Shown here: positions 33,695-44,137 of the stretch, one piece after another
Layout: every line of letters begins with the position of its first letter
How positions within the stretch are numbered: the first letter of the stretch is position 1
Assembly (NCBI GenBank): GCA_963794725.1
Contig: CAWCFR010000033.1
Span: forward strand, 5,912 to 69,911
Length of the DNA stretch: 64,000 nucleotides
Direction: 5' to 3'
Source of the DNA: an uncultured Actinomycetota bacterium
GTDB taxonomy: Bacteria; Actinomycetota; Actinomycetes; Propionibacteriales; Nocardioidaceae
The notes under the pieces: model-generated
What the model was told of the DNA's origin: nothing
The model's input: the letters and a program-made list of their open reading frames with translations, nothing else
Database searches by the model: none
Program-made: the position numbers and the translations under genes

Positions 33695-34808
33695 ATGCGA
33701 CGTCAGATGAGCAAGTGGGGCGCGGTCGCCCTGGTCGCCGTGGTCGCGGGCGCACTCGTGCCGGCGAGCTCCTCGCAGGGCGTGGCGCCCTCCGTGGCGA
33801 CGTCGAGCACGACGACTCGTCGGCACCTCGGGACGGACGCATCGTGGCGGCCAACCTCGACACCGGTCGGCTCGAGACCCTGAACCCGGACGGCACGGCG
33901 CGTCAGACGTCACCCCGGACGGCGAGTTCGCCTTCCAGCCCGCGTGGTCGCCGGACGGTTCGCGGATCGCGTTCGCCAGTGATCACGCAGGACCCGACCC
34001 CCGCATCTTCACGATCCGGGCTGACGGGACCGGGATGCAGCAGGTCAGCAACGATCCTGAGGGGTACGTGGACAACACCCCGACGTACACGCCTGACGGG
34101 CAGCACATCATCTTCACCCGCTGCCGGCCCGACCCACCCGGTGGTTGCGCCCTGTACTCGATCCGCCCCAACGGTCAGGACCTGCACGCCGTGACGGCGT
34201 ACGACAACGGTGACCGGGCCGACTTCTACCCGGACGTCTCACCCGACGGCGGTCGCGTCGCCTTCACGCGATTCGGCGCGAACGGCATCCTCGCCCAGGT
34301 CTGGGTGGCGCGGATCGACGGGACCCACGCCCGCCCGATCACCACGCCGCAGCTGGAGGCGGGAGCCCCCACGCTGGACCCGGGACGGCCACCACCTGCT
34401 CGTCACCAGCGACTTCTCCCACGTCGGCGAGAACGTCTACCGCGTGCGCGACGACGGCAGGTACGTGACCAGGCTGACCTCGGCCAAGTTCCCCCACAAC
34501 GCCCAGTACGCGGTCATGTCCCCCTCCGGGTCGCGCATCGTGTACTCCGACGACCAGGCCTACCCCAGGTCATCGGCGCCGACCTGTGGGTGATGAAGCC
34601 GGACGGCGGCGGCAAGCACGCCATCGCCACCGACACGCGCCTGCTGGACGCCGACTGGGGAACGGCACCCTTGCTCAACGCGAGCTCCACCAAGTCGAGT
34701 GCTGGCGTCGAGAAGAAGGCCGCCTCACGCCGACCCATGACGGTGCCCAGATGGTTGGCTCCGAGCTACGGCCAGGGTTCGCCGTCGACGAGCAAGTGGT
34801 CGAGGTGA
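33695..34808 (+). CDS. Second secreted TolB-like beta-propeller, frameshifted
   Basis: Signal peptide; WSPDG, YTPDG, VSPDG, MSPSG repeats. Confidence 0.72.
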
Positions 34809-34834
34809 GGTGCGGCTGAGCGACCTGCACTTCC

Positions 34835-35831
34835 TCATCCGTCCAGGGCCTCCAGGACCCTGCCCAGCAGCTCGGGCGTCGGCATGGTCCGCAACGACTC
34901 GTCGATCTCCAGCTCGGCCCAGTCGCGATCGCGGGTGAGAGCCGCCGGGTCGAGCGCGACCTTCACCTGCCGCTGCAGGAAGTTGAGCTGACGTCGCGAT
35001 CAGCATCGTGAAGTCGGACGGCGTGCTCAGTCGTGCCGGCCCGCCGGCATCGACGTAGGCCGTGTAGGCCCGGAGCAGGGACGCGAAGTCGGTGGTGTGG
35101 TCGTGGAAGCACGCCATCAGGGTCCGGGCCAGCTCCCGGGCGGGCACGGCCGGCCCGAGGTCGTCCCAGTCCACCACCCACAGGTCGCCGGCCGGATCGG
35201 CCAGCACGTTCTCGGGATGCAGGTCGCGGTGGCACCGGATCATCGCGGCAGGCTCGGCAGGGGAGAGGACGGCGTGCAGGGCCGGCAACCCGTCGAGCAC
35301 GGCTCCCAGCCGCGTCGCCCACACCTGCCCGAGCTCGGTCGCGGCAGTCACGAGCGGTCTCCAACCGTCCAGGTCCGGAGGCCGTTCGTACCACTCGTCG
35401 GGCGCCGAGCCGTCCAGCTCGCGGTGCGAGTCCTGGGCGCACACGTGCAGCCGAGCGACCAGCGTCCCCAGGGCCTCGGCGGCGACGGCGACGTCTGCCC
35501 GTCGCAGGTCCACCCACTCGTAGAGCCGCAACCACCCGCCACCGGCGTGCGGCACGAGGTACCGACCGTCCCGGTCCGGGTAGCTCGCCGGTACCCGGAC
35601 TCCGGCCGCAACGGCCCTCTCGGCGAAGGCGATCTCTGCTGCCACCTCGGCCTCGGCTGGGGGACTCCCGGCGAACACCTCCTTGAGCGCGTACGCCTGC
35701 TGCCCGACCTCCACCCGCCAGACCTGTCCCAGGGCACCCCGGGAGCCGGACGTGACCAAGACCTCCCCGCTGCCGAGGTCGAACGCCTCGCGAGCCCGGG
35801 CAACCACGTCGGTCTGCACGTCGCCCATCAT
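34835..35831 (-). CDS. APH/choline-kinase-like phosphotransferase (indel near 34990)
   Basis: YALKE, CHRDLHPENVL, VVDWD. Confidence 0.82.
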
Positions 35832-35852
35832 CCGCGCCGTCCTCGGTGGCGG

Positions 35853-35880
35853 CATATACGTAAGTATGCTTACGCATATG
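35853..35880. promoter_or_regulatory. AT-rich palindromic operator, probably MarR
   Basis: CATATACGTAAGTATGCTTACGCATATG matches its reverse complement at 24 of 28 positions and overlaps the MarR start codon. Confidence 0.7.
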
Positions 35881-36320
35881 ACTCGCGACAGCCTTGCCCA
35901 GGACCTCCACGGTGCACTCGGCACGATCTCGGGCCGGCTCCGTCTCCGGTTCGCCGCGGAGGGCTCACCGGGGATCGGCTTCGTCGCCCTGGCGACGCTG
36001 CGGCACCTGGACCGGCACGGCGCCAGGACGGTGACGGAGCTTGCTCACGCCGACCAGGTCACCACCCAGGCGATCTCCTTGCGGATCAGGCCGCTGGTCG
36101 ACGCCGGGCTGGTCACCCGGAGCCCCGACCCCGCCGACGCCCGGCGTTCCGTCGTCACGGCGACGGAGTCCGGCCGGGCTGCGGTCGCCACCGCGGAGTC
36201 GCGCGCTCGGGAGGCACTGCAGGCGGCCGTCGAGCGGTTGTCGGCCGCCGACCGAGCGCGCTCTCCGACGCGCTCCAGCCACTGCTCCAGGTCGCTGCGA
36301 ACCTGAGCGAGGAGTCCTGA
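35878..36320 (+). CDS. MarR-family regulator (indel near 3' end)
   Basis: TVTELA...LVDAGLVTR.PDPADARR. Confidence 0.85.
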
Positions 36321-36730
36321 TGTCCACCGATCGCACCAGCGAGATCGAGGCGTTCTTCGCCGACTTCGAGCGCGCGTCAGCAGACGAGGCCTGGGGTCGC
36401 TACGGCGACATGTTCCTGGCGACGTTCATGAACATGGATCCCATGGCCGCCCAGCCCCTCGCCCGCGACGACCTCATTGCCTTCCTGCCCCACCGCAAGG
36501 CCGTCTTCGAGCGCGTCGGCGCCACGGGGACGCGTCTGGCCTCCCTGAACGTCGACCAGCTCGACGACACCCACGTCCTGGCTCGAACGACGTGGGACGT
36601 CGTCTTCGAGGGCGAGCACGCCCCGGTGCAGCTGGAGACGACCTTCCTGCTGCGGCACGAGGACCGTTGGCGGATCGCGGTCTACCTCAACCACGGGTCG
36701 TTGGTCGAGCTGCTGGGTCGAGCGCCTTGA
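36320..36730 (+). CDS. NTF2/SnoaL-like protein
   Basis: IEAFFADF...WRIAVY pattern; TGATG coupling to MarR. Confidence 0.65.
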   Translation: MSTDRTSEIEAFFADFERASADEAWGRYGDMFLATFMNMDPMAAQPLARDDLIAFLPHRKAVFERVGATGTRLASLNVDQLDDTHVLARTTWDVVFEGEHAPVQLETTFLLRHEDRWRIAVYLNHGSLVELLGRAP

Positions 36731-36763
36731 TCGAGGGCGGTCGCTCGTCGGCGGACCGATGGG

Positions 36764-37363
36764 TCAGGTCTGCCCGCTGGCCTGCCGCGGGATGACCCGG
36801 CCGGCGGCCGACAGCAACCGTTCGGTGTCGGTCGCATCTGCCGGCACCGAGGTGGGCGACTTGATCAGGCCGATCTCACGCGCGGCGTCCGTGCAGGTCG
36901 CCTCGACCACGTCGGCGAGCACGGGGATGTGGGCCGGGTCGAACTCGAGGGGGCGCCCGACACTCGCTGACAGGTCCCACGCGTGGGCCGCGGCGTCGAT
37001 GATCGCGAAGTCGATGACCACGTCCCCGGGGAGCTCGCCGAACGGCGTCGCGTGCACCGCCGCGAGGACGCCTTCGGTGCGCCACAGCTCCTGGGCGCGC
37101 GTGGTCACGTCGACGCCGACCGGCCCCAGGTCACCCTCGATCGGGACGGCGCCCATGGCGTCGTCCACGGCGACGAGCTGCTGGCCGGTCACGAGACCGG
37201 CCCAGACGAGCTGGTTGTTCAACGCGTGGCTGGCCAACCGTCGCACCGTCCACGGCTCGCAGTTCGACGGACCGTTCATCACAGAGTCGTCAAGCCCGAC
37301 GACTACGCGCCGGAGCTCCTCCAGCGCGTAGTCGAGCGTCTGCAGATGGTCCACGATCGTCAC
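36764..37363 (-). CDS. TIGR03086/DinB-like metal-binding protein
   Basis: CEPWTVRRLASH, HAWDL, LLSAAGR. Confidence 0.8.
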   Translation of the reverse strand: MTIVDHLQTLDYALEELRRVVVGLDDSVMNGPSNCEPWTVRRLASHALNNQLVWAGLVTGQQLVAVDDAMGAVPIEGDLGPVGVDVTTRAQELWRTEGVLAAVHATPFGELPGDVVIDFAIIDAAAHAWDLSASVGRPLEFDPAHIPVLADVVEATCTDAAREIGLIKSPTSVPADATDTERLLSAAGRVIPRQASGQT

Positions 37364-37401
37364 TCCTTGATCGGGTGACGACGCTACCAGTCTGCCGGCC
37401 T

Positions 37402-38526
37402 TCAGCGGCTCTCGACAGCACGCTCCTTGGGGTCGACACGGCCCAGGTTCTCGACGACCTCGAAGACGCCGTTGCGAGCCTGCGCGATGTACATGTTGAG
37501 CCGCAGGTGGTGCTGGCCGGGAACCATCTCCGCCGGTCCTCCCGGCCCCTCGGCCAGGCTCGCGGTGTCGAGCGCCTTCACCACGGCCTCGGTGTCGAGC
37601 GAACCCGCCTCGGTCACGGCGGCGGCCCACAGCTTCAGGCCGCGGTACATCCCGGTGCACGCGCTTCCGGCGGTGAACTGGGCGCTGCCCGGGAAGCGGC
37701 GCTCGTACTCCTCCAGGAGCCTCGTGCTGACCGGGTCCGTCCACCTCGCGGTAGTAGTCCAGGCAGCCGTAGAGACCCTCGACGTGCTCGGCGGGCACGA
37801 GGTTGAGGAAGTTCTCGTCGAAGTAGGTGCACACCAGGTGTCCGCCTCGCCGCGGCGAACCCCGCCTCGTGCAGCCCCTCGAGGAACGGCGTGAGCCCGG
37901 GCGGGACGATCGTGTTGAACACGACGTCCGCGTCGCTCGCCATGATGCGCTCGACGGTTGCGTCGTAGTCCATGTGGTCGAGGGGGTGGTACTCCTCGCC
38001 CACGATCGTGCCGCCTCGAGCCGTGACGACCTCGCGGACCTTCTCGTTCAGCACCCTCGGCCAGATGTAGTCCGCCGACGGGAGGTAGAAGCGTCTTCGC
38101 CCCGGTGCGCTCCATCAGCCACGGGATCAGCGGCTCGACCTGCTGCGCCGGCACCGGGCCGGTGCAGAAGATCAGCGGGTCGGACTCCTGGCCCTCGTAC
38201 TGCTCGGGGTAGATGTAGAGCTTCCGTGCGCGCTCGACCACCGGCCCCTTGATGGCCTGCCGGGTCGAGCTGTAGATGCCGCCGAGCACGACGTCGACGT
38301 CGTGCTCGTCGACCATCTTCGTGGCGGCCACCTCAGCGGCGTGGTCGTCGGTGGCACTGTCCTCGACGATCAGGCGCAGCGAGCGGCCGAGCAGGCCACC
38401 CGCTGCGTTGACGTCGTGCACCACCATGTCGGCCACGTTCGCGTTGGCGACCCCCATGAACGACAGGGGACCGGTCAGGTCGGTGATGACCCCGACCTTG
38501 ATGGGATCGGTGCTCTGCGTGGTCAT
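37402..38526 (-). CDS. AmiC/UrtA-like periplasmic-binding-fold protein without signal peptide (frameshifted)
   Basis: IKVGVITDLTG, GGIYSSTR, YPEQYEG, PAQQ, DYIWP. Confidence 0.8.
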   Translation of the reverse strand: MTTQSTDPIKVGVITDLTGPLSFMGVANANVADMVVHDVNAAGGLLGRSLRLIVEDSATDDHAAEVAATKMVDEHDVDVVLGGIYSSTRQAIKGPVVERARKLYIYPEQYEGQESDPLIFCTGPVPAQQVEPLIPWLMERTGAKTLLPPVGGLHLAEGAEREGPRGRHGSRRHDRGRGVPPPRPHGLRRNRRAHHGERRGRRVQHDRPARAHAVPRGAARGGVRRGEADTWCAPTSTRTSSTSCPPSTSRVSTAAWTTTARWTDPVSTRLLEEYERRFPGSAQFTAGSACTGMYRGLKLWAAAVTEAGSLDTEAVVKALDTASLAEGPGGPAEMVPGQHHLRLNMYIAQARNGVFEVVENLGRVDPKERAVESR

Positions 38527-38535
38527 GACAGCTCC

Positions 38536-38808
38536 TCAGGCCTCGATCGCGCCCTGGAAGGCGAGCGTGTACGGCTTGACGAGGTGACCCGCGTCCTTCA
38601 TGACCGGGGGGACCGTCGGGTCGGTGACGAAGCTCTCCCAGCCCGCGTCGTCCCAGTCGAAGGCGACCCACACGCTGTCGGGAGCGGCCTCGTCGCGGAA
38701 CACGAGAGCGCCCTTGCACCCGTGCTCGGCGCGCTTCTCGGCGCCGGCGGTGCTGAACACGGACCAGAAGCGGTCCCAGTCTGCGAACTTGGTGGTGGCG
38801 AGGATCAT
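38536..38808 (-). CDS. Small (~90 aa) protein, possibly dimeric alpha/beta barrel
   Basis: AGGAG RBS; MILATTKFADWDRF...GAEKRAEHG. Confidence 0.65.
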   Translation of the reverse strand: MILATTKFADWDRFWSVFSTAGAEKRAEHGCKGALVFRDEAAPDSVWVAFDWDDAGWESFVTDPTVPPVMKDAGHLVKPYTLAFQGAIEA

Positions 38809-38930
38809 CGTCTTGCTCCTTCTCGACTGGTTGGTCGGACACCAGCCGATCCTTCGCCGCGGCGCACGATGCGTCGCATCCGGAGATCTCCCCATCTGCC
38901 GGGCATTCGGTGCCATGCTCAGCTCGACGG

Positions 38931-41842
38931 TCACTCGACGACGCCGTGCTCGACCGCCCACCGCGTCGCTGCCGCCCGGTTGGACGCGCCGATCTTCGTG
39001 TAGATGTTCTGGATGTGGCGGTCCGCCGTCTTCGCCGAGATGAAGAGCCGCTCGCCGATCTCGCGGGTCGTGCTGCCCTGGGCCGCGAGGCGCAGCACGT
39101 CGACCTCCCGGGCGCTGAGACCGCCCGGGCGCTCTTCCCGGCTCGCCGCCTGCCTGCGCAGCTCGGCCAGCGCGTGCTGGATCTCGCGTCGGGCGAACTG
39201 CGCCGTGTCGCCGAGGTCCATCCCCACCCCCGCGGCGCCGTGGGTCTCGAAGGCCGGCCGGCCCAGCTCGCTCCACCAGGCGATCGGCGAGCTCGGGGAG
39301 GTCGGGCACGTGCTGCTCGCTCCCGGGCTGACGGACGATGGCCGCGTGCAGGGTGGCCGCGCTCTCGAGCATGCCGATCCGTTCGAACAACGCGGTCGCA
39401 CTCGCGAGGGTGATCGTGAGCTGGGCGATGTTGCCCGCCTGCTGGAAGGCGTCGATGGCCGCGTCGAACATGGTGAGCGCGTCGTCGGGGTCGGCGTCGA
39501 CGAGTCGTAGGCGTGCCGCGTCACGGGCGATGAATCCGAGGAAGAAGTCGACGCGGTGCTGGTGCACGTAGGCAAGGCCCTCACGCCAGAGGGCGAGGCC
39601 CGGCCCGGTTCGGTGTGCTGGTGCGCGCTGCCGGAGGTCCAGAACGCGTAGGCGATGAAGTACGGGTTGCCGAGTGCTCGAGCGGCGACCATCGCCTCCT
39701 CGGTCAGGGCGAGCGCCTCGTCCACCCGGCCCGAGGCCTGCAGCCCGTCGAGGAGGAGCGACAGTCCCCAGCCGCGCGCGTTCCCCGGGAGCGCTGCGAC
39801 GCGCTCGGCCACCTCGACGTAGCGATCGAGATGGCCGTCGTACACGTGGGCGAGGGCCTCGATGAGCCCCGACATCCCCGGCTCGCACGCGTCGTAGCGA
39901 GGGTCGCTCTCCAGCGCTGCCGCGGCCTGCGCGGCGACGACCGCCTCGTCCGGACGGCCGGTGAAGCAGCCCCAGGCCGCACCGGTGCAGAGCCGCGGAA
40001 GGCGGTGGACGTCCGCTCGTGTCGCATCGGCCAGGAGCTCCTGGCCCAGGCAACCGTCTCGAACAGCTGGATCGAGGCACCCATGAGCGCGGCGTGAGCG
40101 GCGATGTCGGCTGCGCACTCGACGTCACCGCGCGCCCGGCTCCACTGGAACGCCGACGCGGAGGTTGCCGAGCTCGACCTCCAGCCAGTCGACACAGTCG
40201 CGCCACTCCGGGCCGTTCCAGCGAGCCCAGCGCGCGGCCGCCTCGGACGCGAACCGGAGCGGCATGCCGGTCACGGGCCGCCACGATCGAGCCCGACTCG
40301 GTGAGCTCGTCCTCGACGAACTGCCGGATGGTCTCGAGCACCACGTAGCGTCCCGTCCCCGTGGCGTTGTCGGCGACCACGAGGGACTTGCGCACCAGGG
40401 AGTCGATCGAGGTCGAGCACGGCCAGGTCGTCACCCTTCCCCCACACCTCGGTGATCGCGGCGAGGTCGAACCCGCCCGCGAACACGCGGTGGCGCACAG
40501 CAGCGAGCGCTCGTCGTCGTCGAGCAGCTCGTAGGACCACGCGACCACGTCGCGCAGCGTCTGCTGACGCTGAGGCGCGCGCGGGGACGACGTCAGGATG
40601 CGGAACCGGTCACCGAGCCGGTCGCGGATGTCGATCGGGCTCATCGAGATCGTCCGAGCCGCGGCGAGCTCGATGCCGAGGGGAAGCCCGTCCAGGCTCC
40701 GGCAGATCTCGACGGCGGCCGCCACCGTCTCGGGCTCGGCGAAGTCGATGCGGGACTGGAGCGCACGCGCTCGCTCGACGAACAACGTCACTGCCGGCGA
40801 GCTCGCGCCTCCGTCGAGGGCGAGCGGCAGTACCAGCCGCCGTTGCTCACCGGGTACGTCGATGGCTTCGCGAGAGGTCGCGAGCACGCGCAGGGTCGTG
40901 GTCTGCGCGAGCAGCGCGCGGACGGTCTCGGCGACGACGCCGACCACGTGCTCGCAGTTGTCCAGCACGATGAGCACCCGCCGCCCCGACAGCGCGTCGA
41001 CCAAGGTCTGGGTCACCGGCGTTCCCGTCTTCGGCGTGATGCCCAGGGTGGTCGCGATCGCATCCGGCACCGCGGCCGGGTCGATGAGCTGCGCGAGCTC
41101 GACCATCCACACCCCGTCGGGGTACTCGTCGACGAGCGCCGCACCCACCTCGATCGACAGGCGCGTCTTGCCGACACCACCCACGCCGGTGAGTGTCACC
41201 AGCCGGTTGAGCGCGCACCAGCTCGATCAGCTCGGCGAGGACCGCTCGCGGCCGATGAGGCTGGCGCTCGGCATGGGCAGGTTCCCCCGGTGCGCGTCTC
41301 GCGTGCGCGGGGCCGGGAACTGCGACGGGGCGTCGGCGACGAACACCTGGAACAGGCGCTCGGCCCGCGGGAGGTCGGGCAGCCGGTGGTCACCGAGGTC
41401 GACGAGGTCGGCAGCGTCGAGCAGTGCGGCGGTGCGCGCACCGACGAGCACCTGTCCACCGTGAGCGGCTGCCATGATCCGCGCCGCCCGGTTCGGCGCC
41501 GGGCCGAGGTAGCTCCCGTCGCCGCTCCCGCGCGCTGCCCGTCTCGAGGCCCATCCGGGCCCGTAGCCGCAGGTCTCCGGGCCAGGTCTCGGCGACGAGG
41601 GCACGTTGCGCGGCGACCGCGGCGTCCACCGCGTCCTCGGGATGGTCGAAGACCGCTCCGAAGCCGTCGCCGCTGAAGGCGAACACCCGTCCGCCGTGCT
41701 CGGCGAAGGCCGCACGCAGGAGCGTGTCGTGGCGAGCCAGCACCTCTTCGACGTCGGCCGCGTAGTCCTCCCACAGCAGCGTCGCGTCTTCGACCTCGGC
41801 GAACAGGAACGTCGCCCGGTCCGTCGGTGCGAGCGTCGGCAC
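38931..41842 (-). CDS. Cyclase-homology + STAND/NB-ARC ATPase + LuxR HTH regulator (several indels)
   Basis: SGDGF...NRAAR; GVGGVGKT, VLDNCEH, GLPLGIELAAAR; LSAREVDVL...HIQNIYTK. Confidence 0.85.
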
Positions 41843-41906
41843 CCGGTCAGGATGTCATCAACGACGCCGCCTGCCTCGAGGTCGTCTAGCCCTGCCGGCG
41901 TCCGGC

Positions 41907-42545
41907 TCACTGGCTCTCGGCGTACCAGACTTCCTGGATGTTGCGGCGCATCAGGGCACGCTGCCGGGCCTGGACCAGGATCCCGCCGAGGGCGAGCACG
42001 ATCAGCAGCAGGGACCAGACGAAGCTGTTCGAGACGGTGTCGGTGAAGTCGCCCCTGCTGAAGTCGGCGGAGTTGATCGAGCCCACCAGCAGCATGAAGC
42101 CGCCGACCACGCCGACGGCACCGGCGATCGATCCGACGACGACCAGCACGATCATCGGCACGTTCGCGAAGAGGGCCACCAGGCCGATGACGACGCCGAC
42201 GACGAGCCCCACCAGCACCGCCACCCAGTTCCAGCTGATCCCGAGGGCGACGACCAGGCCGGAGCCGATCGCGAAGCCGAACGCGCCCATGGCGATGACG
42301 ATGGCGACGTAGTAGTAGAGGTAGGCGAAGATCGCGAAGAGCAGGGCGAAGACCAGCCCCAGCACCCAGCCGAGCACCGAGCCGAGGAAGTGCTCGTCGG
42401 CGAACCCCGCGACGAGTCCGGCGCCGAACGCGAATCCGGCGAAGAAGCCCCAGATGGGGATCACGAACCGCAGCACGAACTGGCCTGCGAGAAGCATGGC
42501 GCCCCCGGCGATGATCGCGAGGAGGCCCAGAAGGATGTCGGCCAT
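41907..42545 (-). CDS. Gly-rich polytopic membrane protein (DUF4203-like)
   Basis: About 7 TM helices. Confidence 0.65.
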   Translation of the reverse strand: MADILLGLLAIIAGGAMLLAGQFVLRFVIPIWGFFAGFAFGAGLVAGFADEHFLGSVLGWVLGLVFALLFAIFAYLYYYVAIVIAMGAFGFAIGSGLVVALGISWNWVAVLVGLVVGVVIGLVALFANVPMIVLVVVGSIAGAVGVVGGFMLLVGSINSADFSRGDFTDTVSNSFVWSLLLIVLALGGILVQARQRALMRRNIQEVWYAESQ

Positions 42546-42617
42546 GACAGCAATGTAGGGCGTCGAGACCGCCTGCGATCCGGGACGTCGCGGTCGGGCG
42601 TTGCCGTGCCCGACAGG

Positions 42618-44024
42618 TCAGGCGAGCTCGAGCTCCTGCTGCCGCGCCCACCACGCCTGACCCTCGGGGGGCAGGGTGTGGATCGGGTCGTAGTAGTCGT
42701 AGGTACGGGTCAGCGCCTCGGGGTCGGTCGCCTCGATCGAGGTGCGGTAGTTCTTCGTCCAGTGCGAGATGCCGCGCACCTCGTCGTACGACGCGAGCTG
42801 GTGCACCCAGCGCTTGCCGACGAACGGGACGTCGCAGACGATCCGCGGGGTCGCGAAGCCGGGCAGGTAGCCCATGATGTGGTGCTGCAGGCGCTGCGCG
42901 TCGGCGACCGAGATCCGCCAGTGCTCGGCGGCCGGGATCATGTCGCACATGTAGAAGTAGTAGGGCAGGATCTGCGCGCCGTCGAGGAGCCGGAAGCACA
43001 GGTCGAGCAGCGCGTGCGGGTCGGCGTTGACGCCGTTGAGGATGACGCCCTGGTTGCGGACGTCGCGCACGCCGGCGTCGAACATCGCCTGCGCGGCCTT
43101 CGCCACGAGCGGCGTCACCGAGTTGGCGTGGTTGACGTGCGTGTGGATGGCCAGGCCGACGCCGCGAGCTCGGGCGGTGCCGGCGACGCGGGTCATCCCC
43201 TCGACCACCTCGTCCTGCAGCCAGTGCTGCGGCAGCCCCATCAGCGCCTTGGTGGCCAGCCGGATGTCGCGGATGTTCTCGATCTCCAGGACCTTGGTGA
43301 GGAACTCCTCGAGCCGCGCCCAGGGCATGTTCGCGACGTCGCCGCCGGAGACCACCACGTCGCGCACCTCGGGGTGGGTGCGCAGGTACTCCAGCATCTC
43401 GGCGTGCCGGTCGACCGGCTTGCCGAGGAACTTCAGCTTGTCGACGGTCGCGGTGGAGTTGCCGACGAGGTCCATCCGGGTGCAGTGCCCGCAGTACTGG
43501 GGACAGGTCGGCAGCAGCTCGGCCAGCACCTTGGTGGGGTAGCGGTGGGTGAGACCCTCGGCCGCCCACATGTCGTGCTCGTGCAGCGAGTCACGGCTGG
43601 AGTAGGGGTGCGAGGGCCAGTCGGTACGGCGGTCGGAGAGCACCGGGATCATGTAGTGCCGCACCGGGTCGGCGTAGAAGGCGTCGGTGAGCGAGCCCGG
43701 CCCGGCAGGGGACTCGAAGGGCGCCATCGTGTTCATCATCTGCGGCGGCACCAGCATCGACATGGTCGCCCGCTCGGCCTGGTCGCGCTCGAGGTCGGCG
43801 TAGAAGCGCTCGTCGACGAGGTCGCCGAGGAGCTCGCGCAGCTGCCGGATGTTCTTCACGCAGTGCGACCGCTGCCACTGGGCGCTCTCCCACTGCTCGC
43901 GGGTCACGTCGCGCCACCCGGGGAAGCGGGTCCAGTCGGGCTCGACGAGCTCGACGCGGCGGTAGGGATAGGGCTGGCCGGTCTGGCCCTCGATGATCGC
44001 GGCGATCGACGTCTCGATGCTCAT
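42618..44024 (-). CDS. kamA: Lysine 2,3-aminomutase (radical SAM/PLP)
   Basis: THRYPTK, CPQYCGHCTR, SGGD, THVNH, PYYFYMCD. Confidence 0.9.
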   Translation of the reverse strand: MSIETSIAAIIEGQTGQPYPYRRVELVEPDWTRFPGWRDVTREQWESAQWQRSHCVKNIRQLRELLGDLVDERFYADLERDQAERATMSMLVPPQMMNTMAPFESPAGPGSLTDAFYADPVRHYMIPVLSDRRTDWPSHPYSSRDSLHEHDMWAAEGLTHRYPTKVLAELLPTCPQYCGHCTRMDLVGNSTATVDKLKFLGKPVDRHAEMLEYLRTHPEVRDVVVSGGDVANMPWARLEEFLTKVLEIENIRDIRLATKALMGLPQHWLQDEVVEGMTRVAGTARARGVGLAIHTHVNHANSVTPLVAKAAQAMFDAGVRDVRNQGVILNGVNADPHALLDLCFRLLDGAQILPYYFYMCDMIPAAEHWRISVADAQRLQHHIMGYLPGFATPRIVCDVPFVGKRWVHQLASYDEVRGISHWTKNYRTSIEATDPEALTRTYDYYDPIHTLPPEGQAWWARQQELELA

Positions 44025-44137
44025 GGGAATATGGGAACACGAAGTTTGCGGTCGTTCAAACACATCACCGTAAGATTTACGCTGGAACACGACAGTGGCA
44101 GGAAGCATCGACAGGGGAGGCGGCACAGGTGGGACGC

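Noticed and set aside
38536-41199. 887-aa ORF fusing the STAND ATPase to the small downstream protein
   Set aside because: Artefact of indels; the LuxR HTH ends at 38931 and the small gene has its own RBS
44025-44137. Cobalamin or lysine riboswitch before the kam genes
   Set aside because: Spacer too short and lacks the conserved boxes
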